DNA of 64,000 bases, from assembly GCA_964464605.1 (NCBI GenBank), contig CAYXJN010000006.1, positions 211,981 through 275,980 on the forward strand. The letters are read 5' to 3'. This document shows, in pieces, positions 16,638 through 26,694 of this stretch (positions are counted from its first letter, which is position 1; each line of letters begins with the position of its first letter). The translations under genes were made by a program, and so were the position numbers. The notes below the pieces were generated by a model. It had not been told where the DNA came from. It saw nothing but the letters and a program-made list of their open reading frames with translations, and searched no databases. Source of the DNA: an uncultured Ignavibacteriales bacterium (GTDB taxonomy: Bacteria; Zixibacteria; MSB-5A5; GN15; FEB-12).

Positions 16638-18548
16638 GTGACACCGGCCGTTGAAAATATTGTCTCACTGCTTTCGCAAATGCAGTCGCCGGACTTTTTC
16701 GCCCGCGAGGAGGCGGTGCGTCGTCTGGGGAACTGCAGCGGTGATGAAGCAGTCACCGCGTTGGTATTTGCGCTTGAAGACCCGGACCCGGGAATTCGAG
16801 AGCTTGCCGCCGATTTGCTGGTGAAGGCAAATACACCGACTGCTGTCACGCAGTTGATTCGCTGTTTGAATCATGAAGATATCGGCGCGAGGAATTTGGC
16901 GGCTGAAACGCTGCTAAAAATCGGCAAGGATGCCGTCCCCGCGTTGGTGCAGGCGATAGCTTCATCGAAGGACAGCGGTGTGTTAAAGTTTATCGCCGAG
17001 ATTTTGGGGAAAATCGGCGATGAGCGCGCAGTTGACGGTTTATGTGAACTGTTGTGGGATGAGCATATCAATGTCGTCTGCGCTTCTGCTGAAGCGCTTG
17101 GCAGCTTGCGTTCATCGCGAGCAATTCAGGCATTGGTAGCGGCCTATGATAAAATCGAAGATGTTCGTCCTGTCGCGGCAGAAGCACTCGGAAAAATTGG
17201 GGATTCATCGTCATTATCCTATTTATCAACTTGGATTTCCAATGATGACCCGATGATTCAATACGCTTGTATCGATGCCATCGGTCATATCGGTGACCGC
17301 TCGTCGGTTGTCACGCTTTCGGAGCTGCTGCGTCATGCCAATCGCTCAATTGCCGAGGCTGCGCTTAAAGCTATTATTCATATTGCCGCAGTGAATAGAG
17401 GACGGGTAAATCTCCAGTTTGATCTGGAAGATTTTACCGACATGCTCTTTGATGGTATCCGCCAGCACAATGCGGAAATTACTGACTTCACGTTTCGCTG
17501 GCTGAATCATGAACATGACACGCGCATTATCACGAAATTCGTGAACGTGCTGAATGTTGTGAGTGAGCAGGATGTACTTCGGGTCAGCGATATTCTTACC
17601 CATTCACCGCAAGTCTCAGCGCAGGTGGTAATGGAGCATTTGGAACATGCCAACACTGCGACCAAACTTCGGTATCTGGATGTCCTGAAAGGAATCGTGG
17701 ACACAGATTCAGCGCGTCAGTTAATGAGCTATGCTGCTGACCCGGAACCGGATGTTCGTCAAAAAATAGCACATGTTTTAGGCTTTTCGGGGTATATCGG
17801 CGCCGTTGCTACATTAAAGGGGTTAGCAGGGGACTCGGTCGACCATGTCCGTTCGGCTGCATTTGCGGCTCTGGGCTGGTTATCCGATGAGAATGAAATA
17901 GATTTTCTGTTCACCGGTCTTGATGACCGAATGGCTGATGTACGTGAAGCGGCAGTAGGGGCGTTAGTCATGATTGGCAGTCAATCAGTGATCGCACGCT
18001 TTACGGCCGACTTACAGCATCTTTCCACCGATCGCCAGCGCCTTGCCGTGTGGGGACTGGGGTTGATTGGTGATATGGAGGCTGTCGAGCCGCTTACGCG
18101 CGCGGCTGGGCATCATGATGCGGTAGTAAGAAAATTAGCCATTGAAGCGCTCTCGCGAATTCAGGTGCCCACGCGAATGGATGTTTTCCGTTTGGCGCTG
18201 AGTGATGAAAACGCTGCCGTGAGGAAGGCGGCAGTGTCCGGTGTTGTGGCGTTATGCGGCAATAGGTCTGCCAGCGACATTCGCCCGTTGTTAACTGATG
18301 CTGATATGTGGGTGCGATACCACGTGATTACGGCGTTCGGAGAGTTCCGCGATGCCGCGCATGGCGGGTATATCGCCCCGTTTCTTGATGATGTCCATGA
18401 TGTCATCAGGATCGCTGCGATTAAAGCAGTTGCTATGATGAAAAGTACTGATCTGACGCCGCGCCTCAAAGCGATGCGTGTCGATCGAAATCCTGATGTT
18501 GCCGAAGCGGCACTCAACGCCGTTGCGGCACTTGAAAGGGGTTTGTAA
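16638..18548 (+). CDS. HEAT-repeat (PBS-lyase-type) protein
   Basis: 636 aa with many repeats of the form VRxxAAxALGxIGD (for example VRPVAAEALGKIGDSSS and VVRKLAIEALSRI). GTG start. Confidence 0.8.
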   Translation: MTPAVENIVSLLSQMQSPDFFAREEAVRRLGNCSGDEAVTALVFALEDPDPGIRELAADLLVKANTPTAVTQLIRCLNHEDIGARNLAAETLLKIGKDAVPALVQAIASSKDSGVLKFIAEILGKIGDERAVDGLCELLWDEHINVVCASAEALGSLRSSRAIQALVAAYDKIEDVRPVAAEALGKIGDSSSLSYLSTWISNDDPMIQYACIDAIGHIGDRSSVVTLSELLRHANRSIAEAALKAIIHIAAVNRGRVNLQFDLEDFTDMLFDGIRQHNAEITDFTFRWLNHEHDTRIITKFVNVLNVVSEQDVLRVSDILTHSPQVSAQVVMEHLEHANTATKLRYLDVLKGIVDTDSARQLMSYAADPEPDVRQKIAHVLGFSGYIGAVATLKGLAGDSVDHVRSAAFAALGWLSDENEIDFLFTGLDDRMADVREAAVGALVMIGSQSVIARFTADLQHLSTDRQRLAVWGLGLIGDMEAVEPLTRAAGHHDAVVRKLAIEALSRIQVPTRMDVFRLALSDENAAVRKAAVSGVVALCGNRSASDIRPLLTDADMWVRYHVITAFGEFRDAAHGGYIAPFLDDVHDVIRIAAIKAVAMMKSTDLTPRLKAMRVDRNPDVAEAALNAVAALERGL

Positions 18549-18925
18549 TGTCCAAGCCTTCGATACTTGTAGTTGATGATGAACTCTTGATACGGGACTT
18601 GCTCTACGACTTCTTTGCCGGACAGGGATGGCAGATCGCTGTTGCTGAAAATGGGGATAAAGCGATAGATATTCTCAACTCCCGCGATATCAATCTGTTA
18701 TTGACCGATATTCGCATGCCGGAAATGGACGGGTTGGCCTTGACCGCGTATACACGAGAACATTTTCCGGAAATTCCGGTGGTTATTATGACCGGGTTTC
18801 CCTCTGTCGACTCTGCCGTTACCGCACTGCGCAGTAAAGTGGCGGATTACGTTATAAAACCGTTTAACATTAACCAGCTGTACAAAACGGTGGAAGCCAG
18901 TGTTCGCAAAAAGGAAACTGAGTAA
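18548..18925 (+). CDS. single-domain response regulator (CheY-like receiver)
   Basis: VVDDE...LLLTDIRMPEMDG...VIKPF is a receiver signature. The ATG overlaps the HEAT gene stop. Confidence 0.9.
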   Translation: MSKPSILVVDDELLIRDLLYDFFAGQGWQIAVAENGDKAIDILNSRDINLLLTDIRMPEMDGLALTAYTREHFPEIPVVIMTGFPSVDSAVTALRSKVADYVIKPFNINQLYKTVEASVRKKETE

Positions 18926-18979
18926 GTAGTATATGAACCTGATAGTGGCATATAGCAGAAACACGAAGGAGGAACTCGC

Positions 18980-19918
18980 ATGAGAAACCTTGTGCATGCC
19001 TATTCCCGTGATCTGGATATGCCGATTGAGGATTTCATTGCCTTCCGCGACTTCATTTTGGAAAAAAGCGGAATCTACTTTGCGGAAAACAAAATGTATC
19101 TGCTCACCGAGCGGTTAAGCCGCAGGATGGTTGAGTTGGGCATCACCTCATTCCGCGACTATTTCTATTTAGTGAAGTATGATGTCTCTCAGGCTGAGCT
19201 TCACACGCTTATGAACCTGATTACGACGCAGGAAACCAGTTTCCTGCGTAACGAACCGCACTGGCAGGCATTGGTGGAAGAGGTCGTGCCGGCAATCTGC
19301 GAACGGAAACTTGAAGAACGATCTGCTAAGACGCTTCGCTTCTGGTCAGCCGGTTGTTCGACCGGGGAAGAGCCGTATACATTGGCGATGATGCTGCGGG
19401 AACATCTTCCGAACTTCGCTGATTGGTCAATTGAGATATTGGCGAACGATATCTCGGAAGAAGCGCTCCGCAAAGCCCGCCAGGGGGAATACAGCGGCGC
19501 AACATTACGGAAAGTTACGCCCGATTTATTAAACAAGTACTTTGTACAAAAAGACCGTGTGCTGCAGGTTGTTCCGGAAATTCGCTCGATGGTAAAGTTC
19601 GCGCATTTCAACTTAAACGAACCGCAGCGGGTACCGTTTACCGAGCGTTTCGATGTCATTTTCTGCCGCAACGTGATGATTTATTTTGCCGAACCAGTCA
19701 AGCGGACGCTGATTCGTAATTTTTATAATTCACTGAGACCGGGCGGGTACTTCTTTATCGGCCATGCGGAAACACTGCATGGATTGTCAAAAGCATTCAA
19801 ACTGGTCTACTTCCGCAATGCCTTAGTCTATCAAAAAGAGGTAGTCGGCAGCGGAATAGCGACAACGACACAGGCTAACCACGAAATACCTGCGGTAGCG
19901 AAACCGGGTAAACAATAA
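18980..19918 (+). CDS. cheR: chemotaxis protein methyltransferase CheR
   Basis: It contains the SAM-binding motifs RFWSAGCSTGEEPYTLAM and IFCRNVMIYF. Confidence 0.9.
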   Translation: MRNLVHAYSRDLDMPIEDFIAFRDFILEKSGIYFAENKMYLLTERLSRRMVELGITSFRDYFYLVKYDVSQAELHTLMNLITTQETSFLRNEPHWQALVEEVVPAICERKLEERSAKTLRFWSAGCSTGEEPYTLAMMLREHLPNFADWSIEILANDISEEALRKARQGEYSGATLRKVTPDLLNKYFVQKDRVLQVVPEIRSMVKFAHFNLNEPQRVPFTERFDVIFCRNVMIYFAEPVKRTLIRNFYNSLRPGGYFFIGHAETLHGLSKAFKLVYFRNALVYQKEVVGSGIATTTQANHEIPAVAKPGKQ

Positions 19919-19933
19919 CGGGGTTGTTTTTAT

Positions 19934-20311
19934 ATGAATAGCGCCCAAACAATTTTTATTGTAGACGATTCACCGAGTGTAGTGAAATTCGTCTCATTCT
20001 CTCTGCGTAACAGCGGGTTCAACGTGGTCTCGGCGTGTGACGGTATGGAGGCGATTGAAAAGTTGTCGCTGCTTTCAAGCAAAATCGATTTGCTCATTAC
20101 TGATTTGAACATGCCGAATCTGGACGGGTATAGTTTGATCACGACGTTACGCCAAAGTGAAAAATACAGACAACTTCCGATTATCGTGCTTTCCTCTGAA
20201 GATCGTCTTGAAGAACGGGAACGGGGAATAGCTGTTGGAGCGAGCGCCTTTATCGTGAAGCCGTTTAAGTCATCGATATTGCTCAACGAAGTCAGTAAAT
20301 TTTTAAATTAG
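19934..20311 (+). CDS. single-domain response regulator (CheY-like receiver)
   Basis: VDDSP...LLITDLNMPNLDG...FIVKPF. Confidence 0.9.
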   Translation: MNSAQTIFIVDDSPSVVKFVSFSLRNSGFNVVSACDGMEAIEKLSLLSSKIDLLITDLNMPNLDGYSLITTLRQSEKYRQLPIIVLSSEDRLEERERGIAVGASAFIVKPFKSSILLNEVSKFLN

Positions 20312-20331
20312 GACAGAAAAGGGAGTAGGGG

Positions 20332-20706
20332 ATGTTACCACTCAAAATTCTGGCAGTCGATGATAGCCCGACCATGCGTCGGATTATCGTCAATACGCTC
20401 AAACGAGCCGGATTCGAGGATGTCATCGAAGCGGAAGACGGCAAATACGCACTTGCGAAACTCAAAGTCGAACGGATCAATTTTATCATCACCGATTGGA
20501 ATATGCCGGAGATGGATGGGTTATCATTGGTTACTGCTATCCGTCAAATTCCGGAGTACAAAGACCTGCCGATTCTGATGATTACGACTCGCTCGGCGCA
20601 GGATGATATCGTTCAGGCACTGAAAGCGGGAGTGAACAACTACATCGTTAAGCCGTTCACACCGGAAACACTCAAGCAGAAAATGGATCAGATTTTAGCT
20701 GTTTGA
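20332..20706 (+). CDS. cheY: chemotaxis response regulator CheY
   Basis: LAVDDSPTMRRI...IITDWNMPEMDG...NNYIVKPFTPETL is the classic CheY pattern. TGA stop. Confidence 0.9.
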   Translation: MLPLKILAVDDSPTMRRIIVNTLKRAGFEDVIEAEDGKYALAKLKVERINFIITDWNMPEMDGLSLVTAIRQIPEYKDLPILMITTRSAQDDIVQALKAGVNNYIVKPFTPETLKQKMDQILAV

Positions 20707-20721
20707 TACGCAGTTAAAGGC

Positions 20722-21303
20722 ATGTCGATGTCCGAGAACGAATCACCGCAGGAAAATACGGACGCTGAAGTCCAAAGCATGACCGGTGCTATCATTCAGA
20801 TGATTGAGCGGTTTCGCAGCTTGCAGGCGCCGATTGTGGAAACACATCAGGCGGTACCTAAGGCGACTAAACAGCTTGATAAAATCAGCGAACAAACCCT
20901 TGCTGCCGCCAATAAAGTACTGGACACCGTCGAGCACATTACGCAAAAACAACAGGCAATTATCGACGGACTCAAGCAACTAAAAGCAGGAATGCCGGCG
21001 GATACACAGATAGCACAGGCACGTATCGACACTTTGATTGACCAAAGCAACGCGATTATCAACGAAACCTATTCCATTATCACCGCGCTGCAATTTCAAG
21101 ATATTATCACCCAGCAAATCAACTATGCCGCTGCTATGCTCGAAGAATTCCAGCAGAAGCTGGAAAAAATGACGATGGTTATGCAGGAAGCTGACAGTGA
21201 ATTTATGGCCGGCAAAAAGCGGACGTATGACCCACACGCCGATCTGTTTAAAAAAGTGACTGATCAGGCAGAGGTTGATTCCATTTTTCGTAACAAACAA
21301 TAG
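20722..21303 (+). CDS. CheZ-like CheY-P phosphatase (putative)
   Basis: A helical 193-aa protein with the motif LQFQDIITQQI, which carries the D-x-x-x-Q catalytic spacing of CheZ (QDFQDLTGQ). It lies between cheY and cheA. Confidence 0.5.
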   Translation: MSMSENESPQENTDAEVQSMTGAIIQMIERFRSLQAPIVETHQAVPKATKQLDKISEQTLAAANKVLDTVEHITQKQQAIIDGLKQLKAGMPADTQIAQARIDTLIDQSNAIINETYSIITALQFQDIITQQINYAAAMLEEFQQKLEKMTMVMQEADSEFMAGKKRTYDPHADLFKKVTDQAEVDSIFRNKQ

Positions 21304-21314
21304 TCGGAGCAATC

Positions 21315-23009
21315 GTGAGCGGTGAACTTGAACTGGACGACATGCGGGAGATCATGGCCGATTTCCTCGTCGAAGCGCAGGAACTGGTCCAGTCGCTTGA
21401 TACGAATCTCAACCGTCTTGAATCCAATCCTCACGATCAGGAACTGTTAAATCAAATATTCCGCGCAGCCCATACCATTAAAGGGGTTGCCAGTTTTCTC
21501 AATTTTGAAAAAGTCACATCGCTTATACACGGCCTGGAAGAAGTACTCAACCGACTGCGCAAGAGAGACCTGGTTGTCACACCCGGCAGCATTGACGTTT
21601 TATTCCGTGCTTTGGATTTGCTGAAGCTGCTTTTGGATGACATACGCGAAGGTACAGGAGAAAATAGAGAGATTAGTAATGTACTGAGTATGCTGGCGTC
21701 GATTGATGCTTCACCGGTACAACCTCAGCACGCGAAACAAACTCCTGTTTTACCTGCTGATTTTGTAGAGGAACAACAAACCGATCCGCATAGCGTTGAT
21801 ACAAAGAAAGGAAGCCATGACCAAACGATACGTGTCGATGTTGAACGACTCGATGCCTTGGTGAACTTGCTGGGAGAACTCGTATTGAGCCGCAACAGTT
21901 TGGTGCAGGTAGCGTCGGCATTGGAGAATCAACAGGTTGGCACGAAAACGATGGACAATATCGATAGTGCGGTCAAGTCAGTTAATTTTATCACCAATGA
22001 GCTGCAAACCGCAGTTATGAAAATGCGCATGCAGCCGATTGGCCGTCTTTTCGGTCGCTATCCCCGATTGGTGCGCGATTTGTGCCGTGAAAGTGGTAAG
22101 CAGGTTGAACTGGTAGTTTCCGGTGAATCGACAGAGCTGGATCGTTCCATTATAGAAGAAATCGCCGACCCGCTTGTTCATATACTGCGAAACGCTTGCC
22201 ATCACGGAATCGAAATGCCGGACGTGCGCGTTTCCCGCGGCAAGCCGTTAAAAGGAACTATCAAGCTGACAGCTGCTCATGCCGGAGGGCATGTTACGAT
22301 TCGCGTCGAAGATGACGGTAACGGACTTGATGTTAATGCTATAAGGACAAAAGCAATCGAGCGAAATCTGGTCAGCCGTACCGATGCTGCCACGCTTTTC
22401 GAACGGGAACTATTCAAATTTATTCTCGAACCCGGGTTTACGACTGCCAAGGAAGTGACCAATATCTCCGGGCGGGGAGTCGGTATGGATGTTGTCCGTA
22501 CCAATGTCGAGCGATTGAACGGACAGATTGAGCTCGAATCAGTAACGCACGTCGGTACGACTATCACTCTACAGATTCCGTTAACACTCGCTATCATGCA
22601 GGGACTTTTAATTGAAACCGGCCGGGAAGTATATGTGCTGCCGTTATCATCGGTATACGAAATGGTTCGCACCGATGTAACTAAAATATCCTATCTTAAC
22701 CGTAAGCCGACTTTGCTTTTGCGAAACGAGATTATTCCGGTCATCCATTTGGAAAAACTGCTTTTAGACAATCACCTGTCCGGCTTTGAAATCACCTCCG
22801 GCTATATTGCCGTCGTCAATGTCGCCGGTAAACGGATCGGCATCGCTGTCGATCGCTTTATTGGACAGGAAGAGGTCGTCGTCAAACCGCTCGGCAATTA
22901 TATTGGAGAGACACGCGGCATTTCCGGAGCCACTATTTTAGGAGACGGCCGGGTCCGCATGATTATCGATCTTTTAGCATTGCATGAACTCGCCGTTTCG
23001 GCGCACTAA
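21315..23009 (+). CDS. cheA: chemotaxis histidine kinase CheA
   Basis: Hpt motif AAHTIKG; dimerisation region TIRVDVERLDALVNLLGELV; N-box LRNACHHGIE; DDGNGLD; GRGVGMD; and a C-terminal CheW-like domain. GTG start. Confidence 0.95.
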   Translation: MSGELELDDMREIMADFLVEAQELVQSLDTNLNRLESNPHDQELLNQIFRAAHTIKGVASFLNFEKVTSLIHGLEEVLNRLRKRDLVVTPGSIDVLFRALDLLKLLLDDIREGTGENREISNVLSMLASIDASPVQPQHAKQTPVLPADFVEEQQTDPHSVDTKKGSHDQTIRVDVERLDALVNLLGELVLSRNSLVQVASALENQQVGTKTMDNIDSAVKSVNFITNELQTAVMKMRMQPIGRLFGRYPRLVRDLCRESGKQVELVVSGESTELDRSIIEEIADPLVHILRNACHHGIEMPDVRVSRGKPLKGTIKLTAAHAGGHVTIRVEDDGNGLDVNAIRTKAIERNLVSRTDAATLFERELFKFILEPGFTTAKEVTNISGRGVGMDVVRTNVERLNGQIELESVTHVGTTITLQIPLTLAIMQGLLIETGREVYVLPLSSVYEMVRTDVTKISYLNRKPTLLLRNEIIPVIHLEKLLLDNHLSGFEITSGYIAVVNVAGKRIGIAVDRFIGQEEVVVKPLGNYIGETRGISGATILGDGRVRMIIDLLALHELAVSAH

Positions 23010-23095
23010 TCTCTATTTTCGGGCATAATATTCCCAGTAGGAAAGTTTTTGTTGAACGGGTTTCCGGTCATCTGTAGCCTTACGGCTGCTTACGT

Positions 23096-24436
23096 ATGGA
23101 AACCATTATGGATGAGGACATTCAATTAACAGGTCCGCCGGATACGCAATCCGGTGAACTGAACCGTTTTGCCGATTCCTACGCGGCGTTTACCCGTACG
23201 ATAAACAGCCTGCAGCGAAAGTATTTAGAGCTCGACCGTGAGTTTATGGCGCGTAACGAGCAATTGGTGCAGGCGAACCTTCAATTAACCGAGCTTACCG
23301 AGCGTAATCTTGCCGCCAACCGGTTTCTTAATGGCATTTTGGATATTGTTTCAGCGGGAGTAATCGCCGTCGACTGTGCCGGCCGAATCACCCTTTGCAA
23401 TCCTACTGCCGCCTCTTTATTGGAAACAAAAGGGCAGCTGGTAGGGAAGCTCTATCGTGATGTTATTCCGCCCGGTGTTCCACCGGATGCGAACGCGTTG
23501 CGTTCGCTTGATTCCGGCGCCTCGGCCAAGGGAATGAATAAGAGTATCGATTTACCCAGTGGTGTGCGGCTTCATCTCACTGTATCGACCTCGGTGTTAC
23601 GCGATGAAAAAGGAGAAGTGTGCGGTGCAGTTGAAGTCTTTCATGATTTATCCCGTATCCGCCGCATGGAATCAGAACTTGCCCGCCTGAATACGCTTGC
23701 AGCGTTAGGGGAGATGGCAGCGTCGGTGGCGCATGAGGTTCGCAATCCGTTGGCAGGAATAGCCGGATTTGTTTCGTTGTTAGAACGTGACCTTGATACA
23801 GGTGACCCCAAAAAACGAATCGTCGACAAAATTATGCTCGGGGTCAACAACCTGAATGAAACCGTCACCAGTTTATTGAATTATACCCGCTTTGACGAAC
23901 TTAATCCTGCCGAGGTAGCCTATCCGGAATATCTGCGTGGTATTATCGAACAGTTTGATCGTGAGTATCCGCAAGGAAACGGTGCTATTGCAATTCGACT
24001 CTCACCGATAGCGCGTGAAGAACAGGAAATGAGCGTACGAATCGACCGACTGCTCATTCGTCAGGTATTTTTCAACCTGTTTGCTAATGGCGCAGATGCC
24101 ATGGGCGGTAACGGTGCAATAACTGTCACAGTTATAAAACATGACCGAAAGCAGGTGCCGGTAGCGCTGGCCGAGCGTTTGTTGCTGAAGGCAGATGAAA
24201 CGCTGGTCGAAACCCGTATCGCGGACAACGGCCCGGGCATTCCCGCCGAAAATCTCGAAAAAATCTTCTCACCATTTTTCTCTACAAAAAAGAACGGTAA
24301 CGGACTGGGACTCGCAGTCGGGCAGAAGATTGCCCGCGCACACGGCGGCGAAATACTCGCCGAAAACTCGCCGGAGGGAGGCGCGATGTTCCGACTTTTT
24401 CTGCCGGTTCGCATACAACACCAAGGACGGGAGTGA
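23096..24436 (+). CDS. PAS-domain sensor histidine kinase (NtrB/FlrB-like)
   Basis: The central region is PAS-like. It has an H-box SVAHEVRNPL, plus DNGPGIP and GNGLGLAV. Confidence 0.85.
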   Translation: METIMDEDIQLTGPPDTQSGELNRFADSYAAFTRTINSLQRKYLELDREFMARNEQLVQANLQLTELTERNLAANRFLNGILDIVSAGVIAVDCAGRITLCNPTAASLLETKGQLVGKLYRDVIPPGVPPDANALRSLDSGASAKGMNKSIDLPSGVRLHLTVSTSVLRDEKGEVCGAVEVFHDLSRIRRMESELARLNTLAALGEMAASVAHEVRNPLAGIAGFVSLLERDLDTGDPKKRIVDKIMLGVNNLNETVTSLLNYTRFDELNPAEVAYPEYLRGIIEQFDREYPQGNGAIAIRLSPIAREEQEMSVRIDRLLIRQVFFNLFANGADAMGGNGAITVTVIKHDRKQVPVALAERLLLKADETLVETRIADNGPGIPAENLEKIFSPFFSTKKNGNGLGLAVGQKIARAHGGEILAENSPEGGAMFRLFLPVRIQHQGRE

Positions 24437-24442
24437 CAGAAT

Positions 24443-25795
24443 ATGAAATACTCGGTGCTGGTTGTCGATGATGATCGTCTCGTAAATGAACTCTACGAAG
24501 AAACGCTGAAACGGGCGGGATACGCCTGCAAAACCGTTTTCTCCGGAGAAGAAGCCATCACGGAATTGAATGAACGTTCCTATGATATCGTTTTGTCCGA
24601 TTTGAAAATGAAATCGATGGACGGCATCACGCTTTTGTCCCGAATCAAAAAATCGACTCCCGATACGGTCGTTATCATGATGACCGCCTACGGCACGGTT
24701 GAAGATGCCGTCAAAGCGATTAAGATCGGTGCGTATGATTTCCTCATCAAACCGGTACTGCCCGAAACGCTTGAGCATATGCTGCATCGTGTGGGAGAAA
24801 CGCTGACGCTCCGTAAACAGAACGAGCAAATGCGGCATGATCTCGAAGAAAAATTCCAGAACATCGTCGGTAAATCAAAAATCATGCGGGAAATCTATGA
24901 TCTTATTCGTTCCGTGGCCGGAGCCCGTTCGACGGTGATGATTACGGGTCAGTCCGGAACAGGTAAAGAACTGGTCGCCAGGGCGATACATTATAGCTCA
25001 AACCGGAAAACCGGTCCGTTTATCAAATTGAACTGCGCCGCCCTGCCGGAAAATCTCGTCGAAGCCGAGTTGTTCGGTTACGAGAAGGGCGCCTTTACCG
25101 GGGCGTTGAAGACGCATCATGGTCGTTTCGAATTAGCCGATGGCGGTACGCTGCTGCTCGATGAAATCTCCGAAATGCCGTTAAACTTACAGGCAAAGCT
25201 GCTTCGCGTTATTCAGGAGCGAGAATTTGAACGTATCGGCTCGACACAGACGATCTCAGTCGATGTTCGCATTATCGCTACTTCAAACCGTAACCTGAAA
25301 GAGTACATAGCCGACGGCAAATTCCGGGAAGACTTGTATTTCCGCTTGAATGTTATTCCAATCTATCTCCCGCCATTGGGAGACCGTAAAGAGGATATCC
25401 CGCCATTGGTCAGCCACTTTATTGAAAAGTACGCAGCTGAAAACCATAAGCCGATCAAAGGCGTCACGCCCGAAGCGCTCGGTCTGTTCCTAAAGTATCA
25501 CTGGCCCGGTAATGTACGTGAACTGGAAAACCTGATCGAACGCGCAGTCGTGACGGCTAAAGAGGATCACTTAACCGGTGATGATTTCCCGGTCGAGTTA
25601 TCAATGGGCGCGCTTGGCGATAACTTGCCGATGCTGCGTGTGCCAATGCGATTGGAAGATGCCGAGAAATATCTGATTTTGAAGACCCTGGAACTTTACA
25701 ATTGGAACAAAACGAAAGCTGCCGAAGCCCTCGATATTACTACCCGCACGATCAGAAACAAGCTCGCCGAGTATCACACGCTGGTCGAGAACTGA
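24443..25795 (+). CDS. sigma54-dependent response regulator (NtrC/FlrC-like)
   Basis: Receiver (VLSDLKMKSMDG); AAA+ Walker A GQSGTGKE; GAFTGA loop; Walker B LLLDEI; and a C-terminal Fis-type HTH. Confidence 0.95.
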   Translation: MKYSVLVVDDDRLVNELYEETLKRAGYACKTVFSGEEAITELNERSYDIVLSDLKMKSMDGITLLSRIKKSTPDTVVIMMTAYGTVEDAVKAIKIGAYDFLIKPVLPETLEHMLHRVGETLTLRKQNEQMRHDLEEKFQNIVGKSKIMREIYDLIRSVAGARSTVMITGQSGTGKELVARAIHYSSNRKTGPFIKLNCAALPENLVEAELFGYEKGAFTGALKTHHGRFELADGGTLLLDEISEMPLNLQAKLLRVIQEREFERIGSTQTISVDVRIIATSNRNLKEYIADGKFREDLYFRLNVIPIYLPPLGDRKEDIPPLVSHFIEKYAAENHKPIKGVTPEALGLFLKYHWPGNVRELENLIERAVVTAKEDHLTGDDFPVELSMGALGDNLPMLRVPMRLEDAEKYLILKTLELYNWNKTKAAEALDITTRTIRNKLAEYHTLVEN

Positions 25796-25816
25796 TTCTC
25801 TATCACATAGTTAGAA

Positions 25817-25849
25817 GAAAAATGCAGGATCGCACTGCATTTTTTTTTG
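25817..25849 (+). terminator. rho-independent terminator after the sigma54 regulator gene
   Basis: aaaaatgcag...ctgcattttt forms a stem, followed by a 9-T run. Confidence 0.7.
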
Positions 25850-25926
25850 TTCCTGCCGATAGAGTTCTCGTGACAAACGCTCAGGAGGTCTGAGCGAAAG
25901 ATTGGAACTTGAACAGAGAGTGATGG

Positions 25927-26682
25927 ATGGATCCGGCAACAATTATCGGAATTGTCGTTGCAATCGGCGCAGTAGCCGGCTCATACGCCGTTGAAGGCGG
26001 GCAATTTCAATCCCTTTTCTTATTTACCCCCATGATGCTGGTATTCGGTGGTACGCTTGGTGCGGCTACTATTACCACCTCTATTGAAACGGTCAAAAAA
26101 CTTCCCAAACTCTTCATGATCGCAACACTTCCTTCGCCGTTTTCAACGACGCAAGCTATAGAACGTATCAGCCGCCTGTCCGAGAAAGCACGTAAAGAGG
26201 GTGTATTAGGCTTGGAAAATGATCTCAAGACTATCCATGATCCATTCTTTTTAAAAGGAATACAGTTGGTCATCGACGGAACTGAAACGACCGCTCTACG
26301 AGAAATTTTAGAAGCGGAAATGGATTGTATTTCCCAGCGTCATCGCCCGGGAATCACCTTCTTCAATAAAGCAGGCGGTTTCGCGCCGACTATGGGGATT
26401 TTAGGTACAGTGCTCGCTTTGGTACATACCCTTGCGAACGTATCCGACACGGCACAAATGGCCCCCGCTATCGCGACTGCGTTTATTGCCACCCTTTGGG
26501 GAGTTGGTTCGGCGAACCTCTTGTTTCTGCCTATTGCCGACAAACTGAAAATGCGGCATGACCAGGAAATGGCTTTTCGTGAACTGATTACCGAAGGCGT
26601 GCTAGCCATGCAGGCCGGTGAAAACCCGCGTCATATTCGCAATCGTTTGATTTCATACATCCCGCCAAGCCAGCGCAGATAA
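25927..26682 (+). CDS. motA: flagellar stator protein MotA
   Basis: 251 aa with 4 TM helices. Motifs include FAPTMGILGTV and LWGVGSANLLFLPIADKL. Confidence 0.9.
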   Translation: MDPATIIGIVVAIGAVAGSYAVEGGQFQSLFLFTPMMLVFGGTLGAATITTSIETVKKLPKLFMIATLPSPFSTTQAIERISRLSEKARKEGVLGLENDLKTIHDPFFLKGIQLVIDGTETTALREILEAEMDCISQRHRPGITFFNKAGGFAPTMGILGTVLALVHTLANVSDTAQMAPAIATAFIATLWGVGSANLLFLPIADKLKMRHDQEMAFRELITEGVLAMQAGENPRHIRNRLISYIPPSQRR

Positions 26683-26694
26683 TCGAGATTACCA

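Noticed and set aside
25855-25862. A sigma28 -10 box (GCCGATAG, a 7/8 match) upstream of motA.
   Set aside because: No TAAA-type -35 element sits at the required spacing; the upstream 15-20 nt is the terminator T-run. I keep it only as a weak possibility.
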